Below, one piece after another: positions 1 to 12,557 of a stretch of DNA of 64,000 bases. The notes below the pieces were generated by a model, which saw only the letters and a program-made list of their open reading frames with translations, had not been told where the DNA came from and ran no database searches. Positions within the stretch are counted from its first letter, which is position 1. Every line of letters starts with the position of its first letter. The position numbers were made by a program, and so were the translations under genes. The stretch comes from Geosiphon pyriformis uo1. Lineage: Eukaryota > Fungi > Glomeromycota. Location of the stretch: contig JAAOMT010000094.1 in NCBI GenBank assembly GCA_016748015.1, positions 374,251-438,250 of the forward strand, given 5' to 3'.

Positions 1-699
1 AGAAGAGGAGAATGAATGATTCAGAAAATAGATATGCACTTAACATCAAGAATATTACTATTTAGATTTTAACTGTTAGTCTTTTGAAAGGTTTCGCTAA
101 GCTTTATTATTTAGCCATCTGTTATCATAATTCTACTTTTTTAATAAATTTTATTTTAAGCAAAGTTGAGTTGATTTCGAATGTAATTAGATTATATGGT
201 TATGTATGAGTATTTCAGATTTAATTTATATAATTCTAATTGAGTTATTAATAATTATTTTTTGAAACCAATTTTTTTATTGTAGAATTTTTGTTTTTTT
301 ATTAATTTTATTAATAAATTTAATATTATATATATATTTAAACTTATATGCAAGTAATAAATTAAGTTAATAAATATTAAAATTATAATAATTAAATATA
401 TATATATATATTAAATAATTAACTTATTTATTATTATTTCAAGTTTTTTATTATTATTTGTGTTAAAAAATGTAATACTTTTACAATTTATGTAAATTAT
501 TGTATTAAGATTAATTATAAATAAAATTATGTACTTTTTATATATAATTAGTTACTTAAATTTACAAAACTATATTTAAATTAACCAAAAATAAAACATT
601 ATATAACTTAACTTTTTGCTATAAAAAATTAATTTACATATTTATATAATTGTATTATTAATATTAAATCTAATATTAAAATTTTATAATTTTTTTTAA

Positions 700-1085
700 A
701 AATATTATTTTTAACATTTTTTATGCAAAAATTAAAAGTTATTATTAGTGCTAATAATAAAATAACTAAGAAAAAATATAAAAATTTTGGAATTTAAAGT
801 TATTAAAAATGCTTAGTTTTTAAAAAAAAATTAATAAAAATATAAAAAAGTTTGATAATAAAACTGGTTTTTTTTAAACAAGTTGTAATTTTATAAAATA
901 AATAAAAAAAATAAAATAAAAAAACTAAAAATAAATACATAAATATAAATAAAAAATATTCAATTTAAAAAACAAGCTTTAATACTAAAAATAAAAGCAA
1001 AATTTATAAAAATAATAAAAAAATATCTTTAAAACTACCAAAATTATAATTAAAAAAAATGTAAAGCTTTTAGATAAACTTAACT

Positions 1086-1121
<36 letters not shown>

Positions 1122-4100
1122 TAAACATAGTTTTTTTTTAATTATTTTTGTTAATTACTTTTTTAACCAAAAAAATTTTTTACTTTAAATATTAATTTTT
1201 AATAGTTAATAAAAAATTATTTTAAAAAAAAGTTACAACAATTTTAAGATATAAATAGATTCAAGAAAACTTTTACTTTTTAAAATTCAAAAAAATTATT
1301 AAAGTAATATTTATATCTAAATTAAATATAAAAAAACTGTTTGATTGACTAATAAAACAATATAATAGTTAATATTAATCTTATAAAAATAAATTCAAAT
1401 AAATTAGAAAGTAATTATTAAAAAAATTTAAATTAAAATATTATAAAAAACTGTATAATTAGTATTATTTAAATTTGGTAAAATTAGATTAATTAATCTT
1501 TAATAAAAAACTGTAATAAAATTTATTAAATTAGATTAAATTAATTTATTGATTTTAAAATAGTTATTTTTTATTTAAAAAATATAATACATATAACTAA
1601 AACTAATATAAATATAATATTAATTATAAATAATTTAATTATATATTCTTAAAATATAATTTTTTTAATAAAAAACTTATTAATTTAAAAATTTTTTTAA
1701 AAACTATAAAATTTGTTTTTTTCAAATTATGTTGAAAAATTGGCTTTTGTTAATTATTTAATTTTATTTTATAACAAATTTTAAACACAAATTACATCAA
1801 GTTTTTTTGTTAAAAAAAATAACTCATAAAACTAACGGAATCAAAAACATATTTTTTTAATAATAATATTTAAAACAATAAAATTATTTACTAAGTTAGA
1901 AAAAAGCTTAATTAATTTTATAAATATAATTCTAATTCTAATTTTACATATAAATATAATTATTTTTATAATATGTTTTTGGTTAAGATTGTTAAAAAAT
2001 TATAGTTAAGAATATAATTATGAATTTAATCTTAAATTTATTAATTAATAAAACATATTTAAGTTTTTCAAAAAAAACTAAATTTAAAAAATAAAAAAAT
2101 AAAAAAAGTTTTATGTTTAAAATTAATGTAAATACATTCATAAAATTGTTTAATAATATTGTAACTTAATAACCAATTTAATATAAAAAATTCTATGTAT
2201 AATATAAAAAATAAACAATTTTACTAAGTAAAAAAACAGTCGGAATTAGATCTGGTGTCTCCTGACTTTTGCAATTAGTGTTGGATTGAACATCAGCATA
2301 TTATTAATGTTATTCATAGTAAGAATCTGAAGGTTAGTTGGCACAAAATAAAGAGCCACTCTGGTGTTTCAGGAAATGAGCATGCTAATGTAATTGCTGG
2401 CTCCATCTTTTTATTTGGTTGGCATCTTCCTCTTTGCTTGAATAAATACTTTATAATGGCCAATGGTGATGTTGTTTCTAATAATTGTAGACATTTTGTG
2501 CGTAATATTTATTGTTCCATTTGTCATACATACTGGGAGGTTGGTTCTGGTTTCAAGTTTTTGACAGGTGATTTGCTTTCTGAGATTAACTGGCCCTACT
2601 TATCATTAGTGTGGCATCCTAATTTACACATGGCTGCTGGTTTTATCAGCAGGCTCTTGGCTAGTGTGCACACATATTTTATGAAAGTCTTGTATTACTG
2701 TCTTTCTGTTTTTATTCAAAAGTGCCTATATGACAAATGTTACCCTAATGTATTGTATTTGTATTGTGGTAATATAGAGGTGTTAGATCATGTATTTTTC
2801 TGTAAGATTAATGATTCTATTAGATGTCAGATATTGGACTCTCATGTGGCTTCATGGAAGGCTCTTTCTGGTTTATTTCACTCCTCTTTAAGTGTGCTGC
2901 AGTTGTTGTCATCTTGTGTTTTTGATTTCTTTGTGTTCTTGGCTTTTTATAAGGGTTTTATTTTTAATAATTGGTTTTGTAAGACCATTTCCATCTTCTG
3001 TAATTTTAAGGTTGCCAGTTTAGAGGTTGTGAAATTTGCACACTCTTTTGGTCTCATCTTTAGGAATAATGTTTGGATGGTTCATGCTAAACATCATGTC
3101 TATGTGAAGAAAGCCAGTTTGATTTTATTAAATGGTTTGGCTCTTGTATTGTTTTTTGGTTTGGCATCGAGGTTTTCTGTTAATATGATCAAATTGTTTG
3201 GCATTACCAAAGCTTTTGGTATTTGTTTTGGGTTCTGCAAATCTTGTTTATTTTTTTCAAGTATAAGTGACTCAGTTTTAGTTTATATAGCTGTATAGTG
3301 TTGTTCTAATCAACCCGAGTGGCTGGTTACGTGTAAACCATGTATGATTCACACTTAGTTTAGATCATTTCTTTAATATATAGCACTAAGTAGTGTTTGA
3401 ACTTCATTTATTAATAATAATAATAATAATAATAAAAAACATTATAAAATAATATAAAAATGTAAATAATTTAATTTTAATTATTATAAATACTAAATTA
3501 AAAAATAAAGCCAGATTATAAATTATAAATAAATTTAAATTTATTAAGTTTTAAAATTAAAATTATCATTAATAAAAATATTATTAAACATATTTACAAA
3601 AAATTTTAATCTATTTACTCTTTAAAAATCTGTTTTTAATTATATTTTGGATTTATATATTGAAATTTTTAATTTTTTGGTTATTAAATTTTAAATAATA
3701 GTAATTTTGTTATTTTAAGAAAAATTTTTAATAAGAATAAAACTAATTATAATATTAATTTTAAAAAGTATTTAAATTATTTTAATAATAATTTTTTAAT
3801 AAAAGCTTTAATTTAATTTAATTCTAAAAATATAAAAAAAATATAAAATTTATTTTTATTAATAAAAATTTTTTTAATTTAACATATAATCAAATTATAT
3901 ATAAACTAAATAAATATTTTAATACAAATTATTAAATTATATATTAAATTAAATACTCTATATAAAAATATAAACAAAATTCAGTAATTTGTTTTTGGTT
4001 AATGTTTTAAATATTATTAATTACTTAAATAATATAAAAAAATATATAAAGTTTTTAAATAATTAGATTTATAATAATTAAAAATTTTTACATTAAAACT

Positions 4101-4849
4101 ACTATTATTAAATAAATAAAAATATTTATTTATAATAAAAACTATATTATTAAAAATAATTTAAAGAAACTTTTAAAAAATAGTTTAATAAAAAACAATA
4201 AATTGGTTTAAAGCTAAAATTAATTAAAAATAAAGTAAATATTATTATAAAAATTACACTAAAAAACAAATAATATTAAATAAAATTTTTATATAATAAT
4301 ATTAATAATATAATTTTTATAAATATATAATAATATATTTATTAAAGTTATAAAAAAAATTAATTTAATATTTTAATAATTATAATTAAATACTTTTAAA
4401 TAAAAAAACTATTAATTTGTTTAATATTTTTAAAGTATTATAACAATTTAAATTAGAATTATTATTAAATTTATTAATATATATTTATTAAAAAAACAGA
4501 TCTTAATACTCAAAAAAAACTTAATATTAATAGTTTCTAAATTATATAAATAAAAAAACATTTTAACAAATATTAAATTTATTGTTTTAAGTAAAATTAC
4601 AAAGAAAATTTTTTCTAAAATTTTATTAAATTGTATTTTTAATAATTGTAATAAGTTTAAAATTTTGTAAAAAACATTTAATATAATTATTTATTTTTAT
4701 TATTAAATTTTTAATAAAAAATATTTTAAAAAAGAGCAAAAAAGTTTAATCAATACTTTAAACTATATATAAAACATATAATTTTATAAAATAAATATAT
4801 TTAAAAAACAGTTTTTTTAAAATCAAAAATTGTTAAATTTTTTAGCTAT
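700..4849 (+). mobile_element. LINE-A, outermost and extremely AT-decayed non-LTR retrotransposon (ORF1 ~720-2170, APE from ~2170, RT ~4400-4849; resumes 45015-45038)
   Basis: Read with C>T/G>A decay it is colinear with LINE-C. ORF1 segments lie at 1150-1450 and the APE start at 2165-2237 continues at 3441. The RT stretch 4680-4848 reads IFIIKFLIKNILKKSKKV*SIL*TIYKTYNFIK, matching PIFAIGSVIEDALEKNRELWLVLQDMRKAYDSVG. The 5' boundary is approximate. Confidence 0.75.
2239..3434 (+). mobile_element. 5'-truncated younger LINE (RNase H C-terminal part, zinc-binding region, 3'UTR, (TAA)n tail) inserted in the LINE-A APE domain
   Basis: Sharp GC rise. ORF 2438-3298 is homologous to the LINE-C ORF2 C-terminus (HWEVGSG, WHP.LH.AAGF, YFMK.L.Y.L.V, DHVF.C). 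It ends in (TAA)n at 3411-3434, with a candidate TSD aaaaaaca at 2231-2238 and 3434-3441. Confidence 0.9.
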
Positions 4850-7800
4850 TTTTTTTTTTGGTTTAATAAATATAGTTTAATTACTATCTAGAAACATACA
4901 ACATATATGTATTATAAACTAAATATAATTCACATGCTTATTATATGTGACCAGCCACTTAAACCAATTAAAACTATATTATAAATTAACTACTACTATT
5001 ATAATACTTTTCAAATCTAAAAACATTAAGTATTTAGATTATATGCCAAAATATATCCTTTTATTTTTTTTTATACTAAGCAACATAATTAACCTATTAC
5101 TCAATTTGCTTAAATTACTGAAGTTACAAAAACCATACTATTATCAATTATTATTATATCTTTTCTTTCTATTTTGGTTTTGTGTTTAAATTTGTGGCAT
5201 TATATTTCAGATCTGTAGATTAATATTAAGTTTTTTACAAAAACTATTACCTGTAAACTTACTATCTCAGAATTGCCAAACACAGTTAGAGCTTTGCTGT
5301 ACTAGCTTTTAGGTACAAAACTTTTTACCAAAGCAGTATACAAATTATTATTATAAATACAAAAAACAGATCTTAAAAAATCATAAAAGTAGAAGCAGCC
5401 ACATTTAGTAATAATGCTTAACATGTTTCAAATTCACACAAAATCTTACTGTAAACATTATTGTTATAAAAACACTTGAATATATAATCTAAAGTTTTTA
5501 TTTTATTACAAAATAAGCACTTTATACTCAAATGTAATGTATTGTATAAGTGTTTTTTGACAGTTATTGACAAACATCTATGTAAAATCTTCATGAAATG
5601 AGTTTGTAAAGTAATTAAAGAACTATTTATAAAACCAAAAGCCATATGTCTATCAGAATGTTAAATCTCTATAGTTTTGTTTCAATCTATTTTACTAATA
5701 TCACAAACATTTTTCACTTCAGATTCAACTTTTTTTTTACTTAGCATGACACAAAGTTATGTAAAAATCTCTAACATAATAACAAATGTTGTAGGATAAA
5801 GCCACATTATTTATTTATATAAAAAGCTCTTAAACTATAATAAAAAAGACTGAATTAGAAGAGCATACTTCAAAAACAAATATATTAACATGTTCATTTT
5901 CCACAATATTAGTATAGCCTTTAATTTTGACCCAGAATATCAAAAGTAATCTGTTCTTAATAATATTTATTATATGTTATTATTACATTTATAAACACTT
6001 TCTAAAATCAGATAAGGCCAATTTTAATTCATCAATACAAACACAAATAGCACTCTGATTGTTTAAATTAACAATTATATTGCTTTTTACAAAAACACAA
6101 ATGAGTGCAAAAAAAATGGTTTTAAGTTTAATTAATGTCAATAACATAATATTATAAACTCTAATTTCAATATTAAAATCAACATTGGAGAAAAAAACAG
6201 CAGCTTTATCAACAACTGAAGTTAAATTAAAATATTTTATAGACTTATTTGTGTAAACATTAAACAAACTTAAGCCAAACCTTAATAATTTAACTCTAGC
6301 AAGACAAATCAGATCTGTTATGTCAGAGTTAGAAGAGTATTTACCAAAAAGTCGAAACAAAGTATTAGCTACAGCCAACTTGTTATTCAAAAAATGGATG
6401 GCTAAGCTAAACTATATAAAACTAGGGGTTCATAGATCTAAATTCTTCTAATATTTAAAACATTTTTAGTTAAAACAATGTTTTTTCTTGTTTAGCAACT
6501 GTTTAATAAAGACAATACCATAGCATTTTAAAAACTAGATTACACTAAAAAATTTTTGTTTTCAAGAACTTTAAATATTGATATTCTATTAGAGTATTAA
6601 AAAACATTTGGCAAAGCATTAAAAAAAATAAGCCACAAAATGAAAAATTTTTACAACTTTAACCAAAAAATTGTTTATAGAACTAACATATAATCTAATA
6701 GCATAACATAAAAGATGCACTAACAGCCAGTTAATAACTTGTAAATCTATACACTAATAAATAAAAAGTCATTCTAAGACACTAAAAGCATTTGCAAAGC
6801 TCAAAACAGAAAATAATTTATTTTTAGCCTAGACTTAACCAAAAGTTTTTACATTATAGAGAAATAGATACAACAATACATCTGTAAAAAAATCACATGG
6901 AAAATCTGTTTTAAGCTTTAGGTTTTTTCTAATTATAGCATTCTATTTAGCACAAACACTTTCAAAAACATAACTGAATTGTGTTCTATAGCTAATAATA
7001 AACTGCAAAACTAAAAAAACCAAATAACAAAATTGTTTATCATAAATAGCTTTGTGTAAAACCACATTCAAAAAAATTAAGCATCTAATTATGCTTTGAC
7101 CAAACTAAACTTAAATAATTTCTTTATTAATAAAAATATACTTAAATACTAATAAGATTCATTTTTTTTAACTACTATAATTGATAAGCCACTAATAAGC
7201 AAAGAAGTTTTCTTAATATTCTGGTTGATAAAAATAACAACTGTTTTTTTAATATTTATAGAGATATTATTAATTGTAAAAAATTTACTGACTTTATCCA
7301 AAATATATTGTGTAGTTGTTTGATTATTGCCAATTCAGATTGTGTGATTCATAAAAGTCCCAATAGTAAAGTAAATAGTTATTTTGGCTTGAGTCTTCAT
7401 TTTGCCAGTTTTTGTTACATATTTTGAATTAACTCTGTATTCACATAAATAGTCATATATTTTAATGTTACACAGAAAAGAGTCATAAAAAATCTTCTAA
7501 AAGAGTAAAAAAAAAACTTTATCTTGATCAAATCCATTTTGTATTTTATAATTATTTGAAAAACCAAAGTCTGTTATTACTTTGTTAGTTTAGTTTAAGT
7601 AAATGTTTTCAAAAAACTTAATAAATCTATTGCACATTTTAATATGATTTAAACTAGCTTTCAAATAATGTCATTTAATCAAATCATATATCTTATACAT
7701 ATCTTAAAGAACTAGCTAAAACTTATGATCTTTTTCTAAAGTATTTTCTATTAATAAACTAATAACAAAAATAGGAAATTAAGTTATAATACTTTTTAAA

Positions 7801-8104
7801 ACTGAAAAATTGTTATCTCAAGGAATGTTGAATTTATTACAAGTTGATAAAATACAATTTGATAAAATTTTAGACAAAATTTTTTTTGCCATTTTGATTA
7901 ATATAATAGACTATATGTTTGTAAAAATTTTATTCCACTTATTAAGACTCAGATATTTTTTCAAAAAACTAGAATATTACTATAAATTAAACAAAAGTTC
8001 AACAAATTTAAAAGACATTTTAATACTAAATTATCACAATATTTCTAAAGTTTATTTGATATTCCTAAAAGATTGGCAGCTTTGTTATTAGACAAGTTTT
8101 TAAT
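4850..8104 (-). mobile_element. LINE-B 3' part (poly-A, 3'UTR, RNase H, RT), decayed
   Basis: Poly-T at 4849-4859 followed by the reverse complement of the LINE 3'UTR. ORFs 5418-5645 and 5989-6390 resemble the LINE-C zinc-binding and RNase H regions. 13-bp TSD attttttagctat (4837-4849) / attttttagttat (45015-45027). Confidence 0.88.
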
Positions 8105-10082
8105 TAGGGTTTTAATTAAACCAAATTAAACTGAACTTTGAGTGTTGTTCAAGTTCAGTTCGAATTATAAACTGAATTTGAATTAAACTAATTTTTTAAA
8201 GTAAATTCAATTTAAGTTTGGTATTGAATCTTTTTGACAAGTCTGAATTTAATTCAAGTCTAATCCAAAGTTCACAAATTTGTTCAATTTCAATAAAATT
8301 AAAAAAAAATATAATTTATATTACTTGTTTATCAATTATTATTTGTTTAATTACTATGATCAGTTAAAAAGATATATAAAACTATGTATATATAACAACT
8401 TTATTCTTCAAGTTACCAAAATGAATTTATTGTCAGTATTATTCAATATTATTAAAGATTTAAAATTTAAAATAATAGAATTTAATAACCCAAATAGTAT
8501 AAATATTAATATATTTAATAAACATAGTTTTTAGAGTAAAATATATAACTATTTTAATAAGTTTGAGTAAATAAAAGAAAAAAAATAGCTAAATATATGG
8601 TTTCAAAATATGTATATAAATCATTTTTTTGTGGAACTATGAATACTATCAAACTTTTATGGTATTATTTAAAAACTTTTCATTAGATAGTATATATTAC
8701 AATAGAAAAATATTATAAGAAAAGACAAAATATCCAGAAAAATTACAAGTAAAATTCTATTTATAACATAGTTAAAAATAGCTTATCTCTTAAATTAGCA
8801 AGTTGTTTATTTCTAATTTCATATATATTGAATTCAAAAATTCTAACTGTAAATTTATAGATATTAAACATCCTTACTAGCACTCACATTGACTTCTATT
8901 AATATGCTATTTTATATAATCAGTGAGCTGTCTTTGATAAAATTGCTAAATTCTTTAAACTATTTAAAGATATTACAGTCAAAATATTAGTTAGTTCAAA
9001 CAATACTGTCTTTTTGATTATTTTTCTCTTTAATATTATTTTTAATCACATTAAAAATATGGTTGATAATAATAAATTTGGTAAAGCATTATAATCTTAA
9101 TTGTATTTATTTAGTTATTTATTTAACACATTTAATATTAGATTTATTACTTATTATAATGACTAGGACAGCAAAAAAAAAGTTGGTTGAATATTACTCT
9201 AAAACAAATACAACTATAATACTTTGTACTATATTGAATCCAAGAAAAAAATTCTATTATTTTACAAAAGAAAATTTTTGGATAACAATATTAATAAAAC
9301 AAAAAAATTGTAAGTTATTAATTTATTTAAATAATTTTATTTTCTAACTTTTATATGATAAATAAATCTTTAAAATGTATATTCTCTTTAAAATAGAGTA
9401 CATATTGGACATTATACCAATATTAAATAACAGTTTTTTGTTGAATAACAATTTTAATAATACTTTAGCATCAGTTATACAATTCATATTAAAGACAAAC
9501 TTTAATAATGATAAAAAAAAAAACTTGACAAAATTAATTGTTATATTTTTGAAAAAGTGACTAATAGAAAAATAGATACAATGGTATAATGGAAAGTATA
9601 TTACAAAAAATATTTATCTAAATTAACATTTTATTAATAATTTAATATTTAGATACATCAAACACAATTTTTTTGTCTTTTATATATGACTTATAATTAT
9701 TTGACAATTTAAAAATTATCTGTTGTTTCTAAACATGTTTTTTCTACAGGTGAGATTACAAATATAAAATTTCGCTTAATGTCTAAAATTATAAGAGCAG
9801 CACAATGTCTTTAATTATGGATACAGAAATTATTAAAAGAAAAATTAAATAATAATATAGTATAATATAATATTTTTAATAGTCAAACTTAAATATGTTT
9901 ATAAACTTCAAACTAAACTTAAACCAGACTTGTTGTATGTATTTAGGTTTGGTTCAAGTTTAGTAATTTTAAGTCTGGTTTAAGTTCAAGTTTAAAATTT
10001 TGCCAAATTTTTTATTTAAGTTTGGTTTGATTTAATAGTTTGATTAAATTTGAACCAAACTAGACTAAACATTAAAACCCTA
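8105..10082 (+). mobile_element. hAT-superfamily DNA transposon, internally deleted and decayed
   Basis: Perfect 12-bp TIR tagggttttaat (8105-8116) / attaaaacccta (10071-10082). 8-bp TSD tttttaat / tttttgac. Subterminal aaccaaa/aactgaa-type repeats. Remnants of a BED finger (~8530-8690) and the hAT C-terminal dimerisation motif (SVVSKHVFS...IRAAQCL, ~9720-9820). Confidence 0.9.
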
Positions 10083-11690
10083 TTTTTGACCACCAAAACC
10101 AAATTTTCCATGCTGATTTCATTCATTACATCAGAAAAAGAGTTATTTTTTACATAGTTTAAAAGTATATATTAATAAGACCACAATTTTGATATTGTCT
10201 TAGGTATTTTTTATTTTTTTGTTCAATTAATCATAATTTTGTCCACCTTAAGCTTTACATTTTTTGGTTCTAAAATTAAATCTTCTCTTATAACTAAATA
10301 ATCTAATACTATCTTATAAAAATTTTTTTCCAAAACACTTTTTATCATATTTTTTTTATCTAAATTAAAGTTCTCTATATGTTTTTCAATTGTTTTTTTG
10401 ATAGATATATTCTTAGCCAATTCTGTTTTACTGTATTAAAATTTATGATAAGATTTTTTAACTGTTAACAAGTGTTTGAAAATTTCCATAAAGTTAGTAC
10501 TTTTATTAATTAAAACAGAAACCTTAAAAGCTTGTACACTATCAATGTTTAATCAAATTTTGACAAAATGAGTAAATTCTGAATTGTTGCCTAAGTTTAA
10601 GGTTTTGACTATCTTGGCAATTAATGTTTTAAGTTTGTAAAACCTGAAAGTTTGTTTATTTTTTAAACAATTAAATACATTAAATCAATATTTAGAAAAA
10701 ATCAAATCTGCTAAGTTAGCCATTACTATTTTTAATATCTTCTATATAAAATCTAAATTACCAAGTTTTTTTGCATTTATAAACTTATTTAACAACTTTA
10801 ATATTTTGGCAGAAAAATATTCTTTAAAGTGATTCTATTTGGCAATATTTAAATCTTTAAACTTGAATTTCTAGCAGTTTTTATTTGCTTGTATTCAAAT
10901 TGTATTTAAGTATTTATTTAAAAAACCACCTAGGCCAAAAAAACAAAAACAGCCATATGGCCAGTATTAAAAAATTTAAATACAATATTGATACTTTGAT
11001 TTAATACAGTCATTGATAGATGTTTACTGATTAAAATAAAATCAATAGTTTTTTTTACCTTTTTTAAATTACTTTACATTAAAAGTTTAGAAAAAAAACT
11101 GCCTATATAGACTCAAATTCAGACATTTTCTGAAACTTACATTGCATTTTATTTTATTCTTATTGAAATTATTATTTAGAACTACATAAAAGCTTGAATT
11201 GACTGCTTTAACAATACATATATTTATTTTACATGTCTGGCTAAATCTTACACTAGCTAAAACATTGGTATACAAATTCAAAATTGTTATTAAAACCTTG
11301 TTAACAAAAAAGAGATAAATAAAAATAAAATAGCCAAGAATCTCAAAGACTTTGTACATATATTGAACAAGATTATCATTTATTATTATTGTCATTTCTA
11401 AACTTAAATAACCAATATCCAATTCAGAAACAAAAACTTTCAAACCCAGAAATTTATCTTTAATCCAAAATCTGATTTGTTTTTTAGCTTTGTTTTGGTA
11501 ATAATAAAAACTAAATTGTCTAAATTTTTGTATTACTTAATGGTATTTTTTTGTTTAGCTAAATTGTTTATTTTCTTAATATTACAGATTATAAACTTTC
11601 AAATAAAGCTAATTATTGATGTAAAAATAATGCTTGAGAGCCTAAATTAGTACACAACTGATCTAATTTATTCAAAACTAAACTGATTGA
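10083..11690 (-). mobile_element. LINE-B middle part (end of ORF1, APE endonuclease, linker)
   Basis: ORFs 11087-11443 and 10223-10420 match the LINE-C APE and linker. The frame MNEISMENLVLVVK/NLSNNKAA is continuous across the hAT once the TSD is removed. Confidence 0.88.
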
Positions 11691-12557
11691 TGTTACCAAT
11701 AAAATTTTAGCCATTAATTAGCATAAAATTACTCTTATAATTTCTATTATAAATTAGCGTATACTATAATTATTTAAATTATCACTTATTATTTAATTAA
11801 AATTAATAAAAATTACTATTTAATTAATAATTCAATTTGTATAATAGAAATTAGAATAATCAAATTATACAATACTCCAAATTATGTAATATTTAAGAAT
11901 TTGCTAAAATATATACAAATTTACCAAAATAATAAATAGTGCACCAAAATAGTTAATAATTTATTGAAATAAATTGTAGTTTATTGAAATATATTTCTAA
12001 TTTATTAAATTATAACAAAAAAAAAATTCAAGTTTATAAACTAGTATTATAACAAATTGTATAAAAAAAAGCTTTTTTTTTAAGAAAATATATCTTATCA
12101 TAGATATTTTACTTTTATATTTATTCTTATTAATACAATTCAAAATAAAAAAATACTTTGAAAACCAATTTGTGAAATAATTATATTTAACATTCTTTAA
12201 AACTCAATTTATGTTTTAAAATTAACTAGTTACCAATTTTAGTAATTTGTTAGTAATTTCAGGTCTGAATAGAAAACAATTCACTTAACAAAATTTTATT
12301 TTATTTATATTTTTTATATTTTTTATATTTTTCTTGTCATAATCATTAAAGTAATCTACAAACAAGATTCTTGTAGAAAAGTTGACTTTTACAGCAAAGT
12401 AACTATACATTTTAATAAGCTTTTAGTTTTTTTTTATTCATTTAACAAGTGAGGTCCAAACACTACCTAGTACAATACATCATACAAGTGATCTAAACTA
12501 GGTGTAAATTATGTTTTTTCTACACGTAACCAGCCACTCAGACTAGTCAGGACAACA

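Noticed and set aside
1-700. Possible host sequence, or an old LTR starting tgttatca at ~120
   Set aside because: Too degenerate; no partner LTR, TSD or ORF to support a call.
1087-1120. (AAT)n tract as a LINE tail or telomere-like repeat
   Set aside because: It lies inside LINE-A ORF1 at an Asp-rich position; likely decayed and slipped GAY codons.
4947-9560. Short I/K/N/L/F-rich ORFs as host or organellar genes
   Set aside because: Their composition is explained by AT decay of LINE-B and the hAT.
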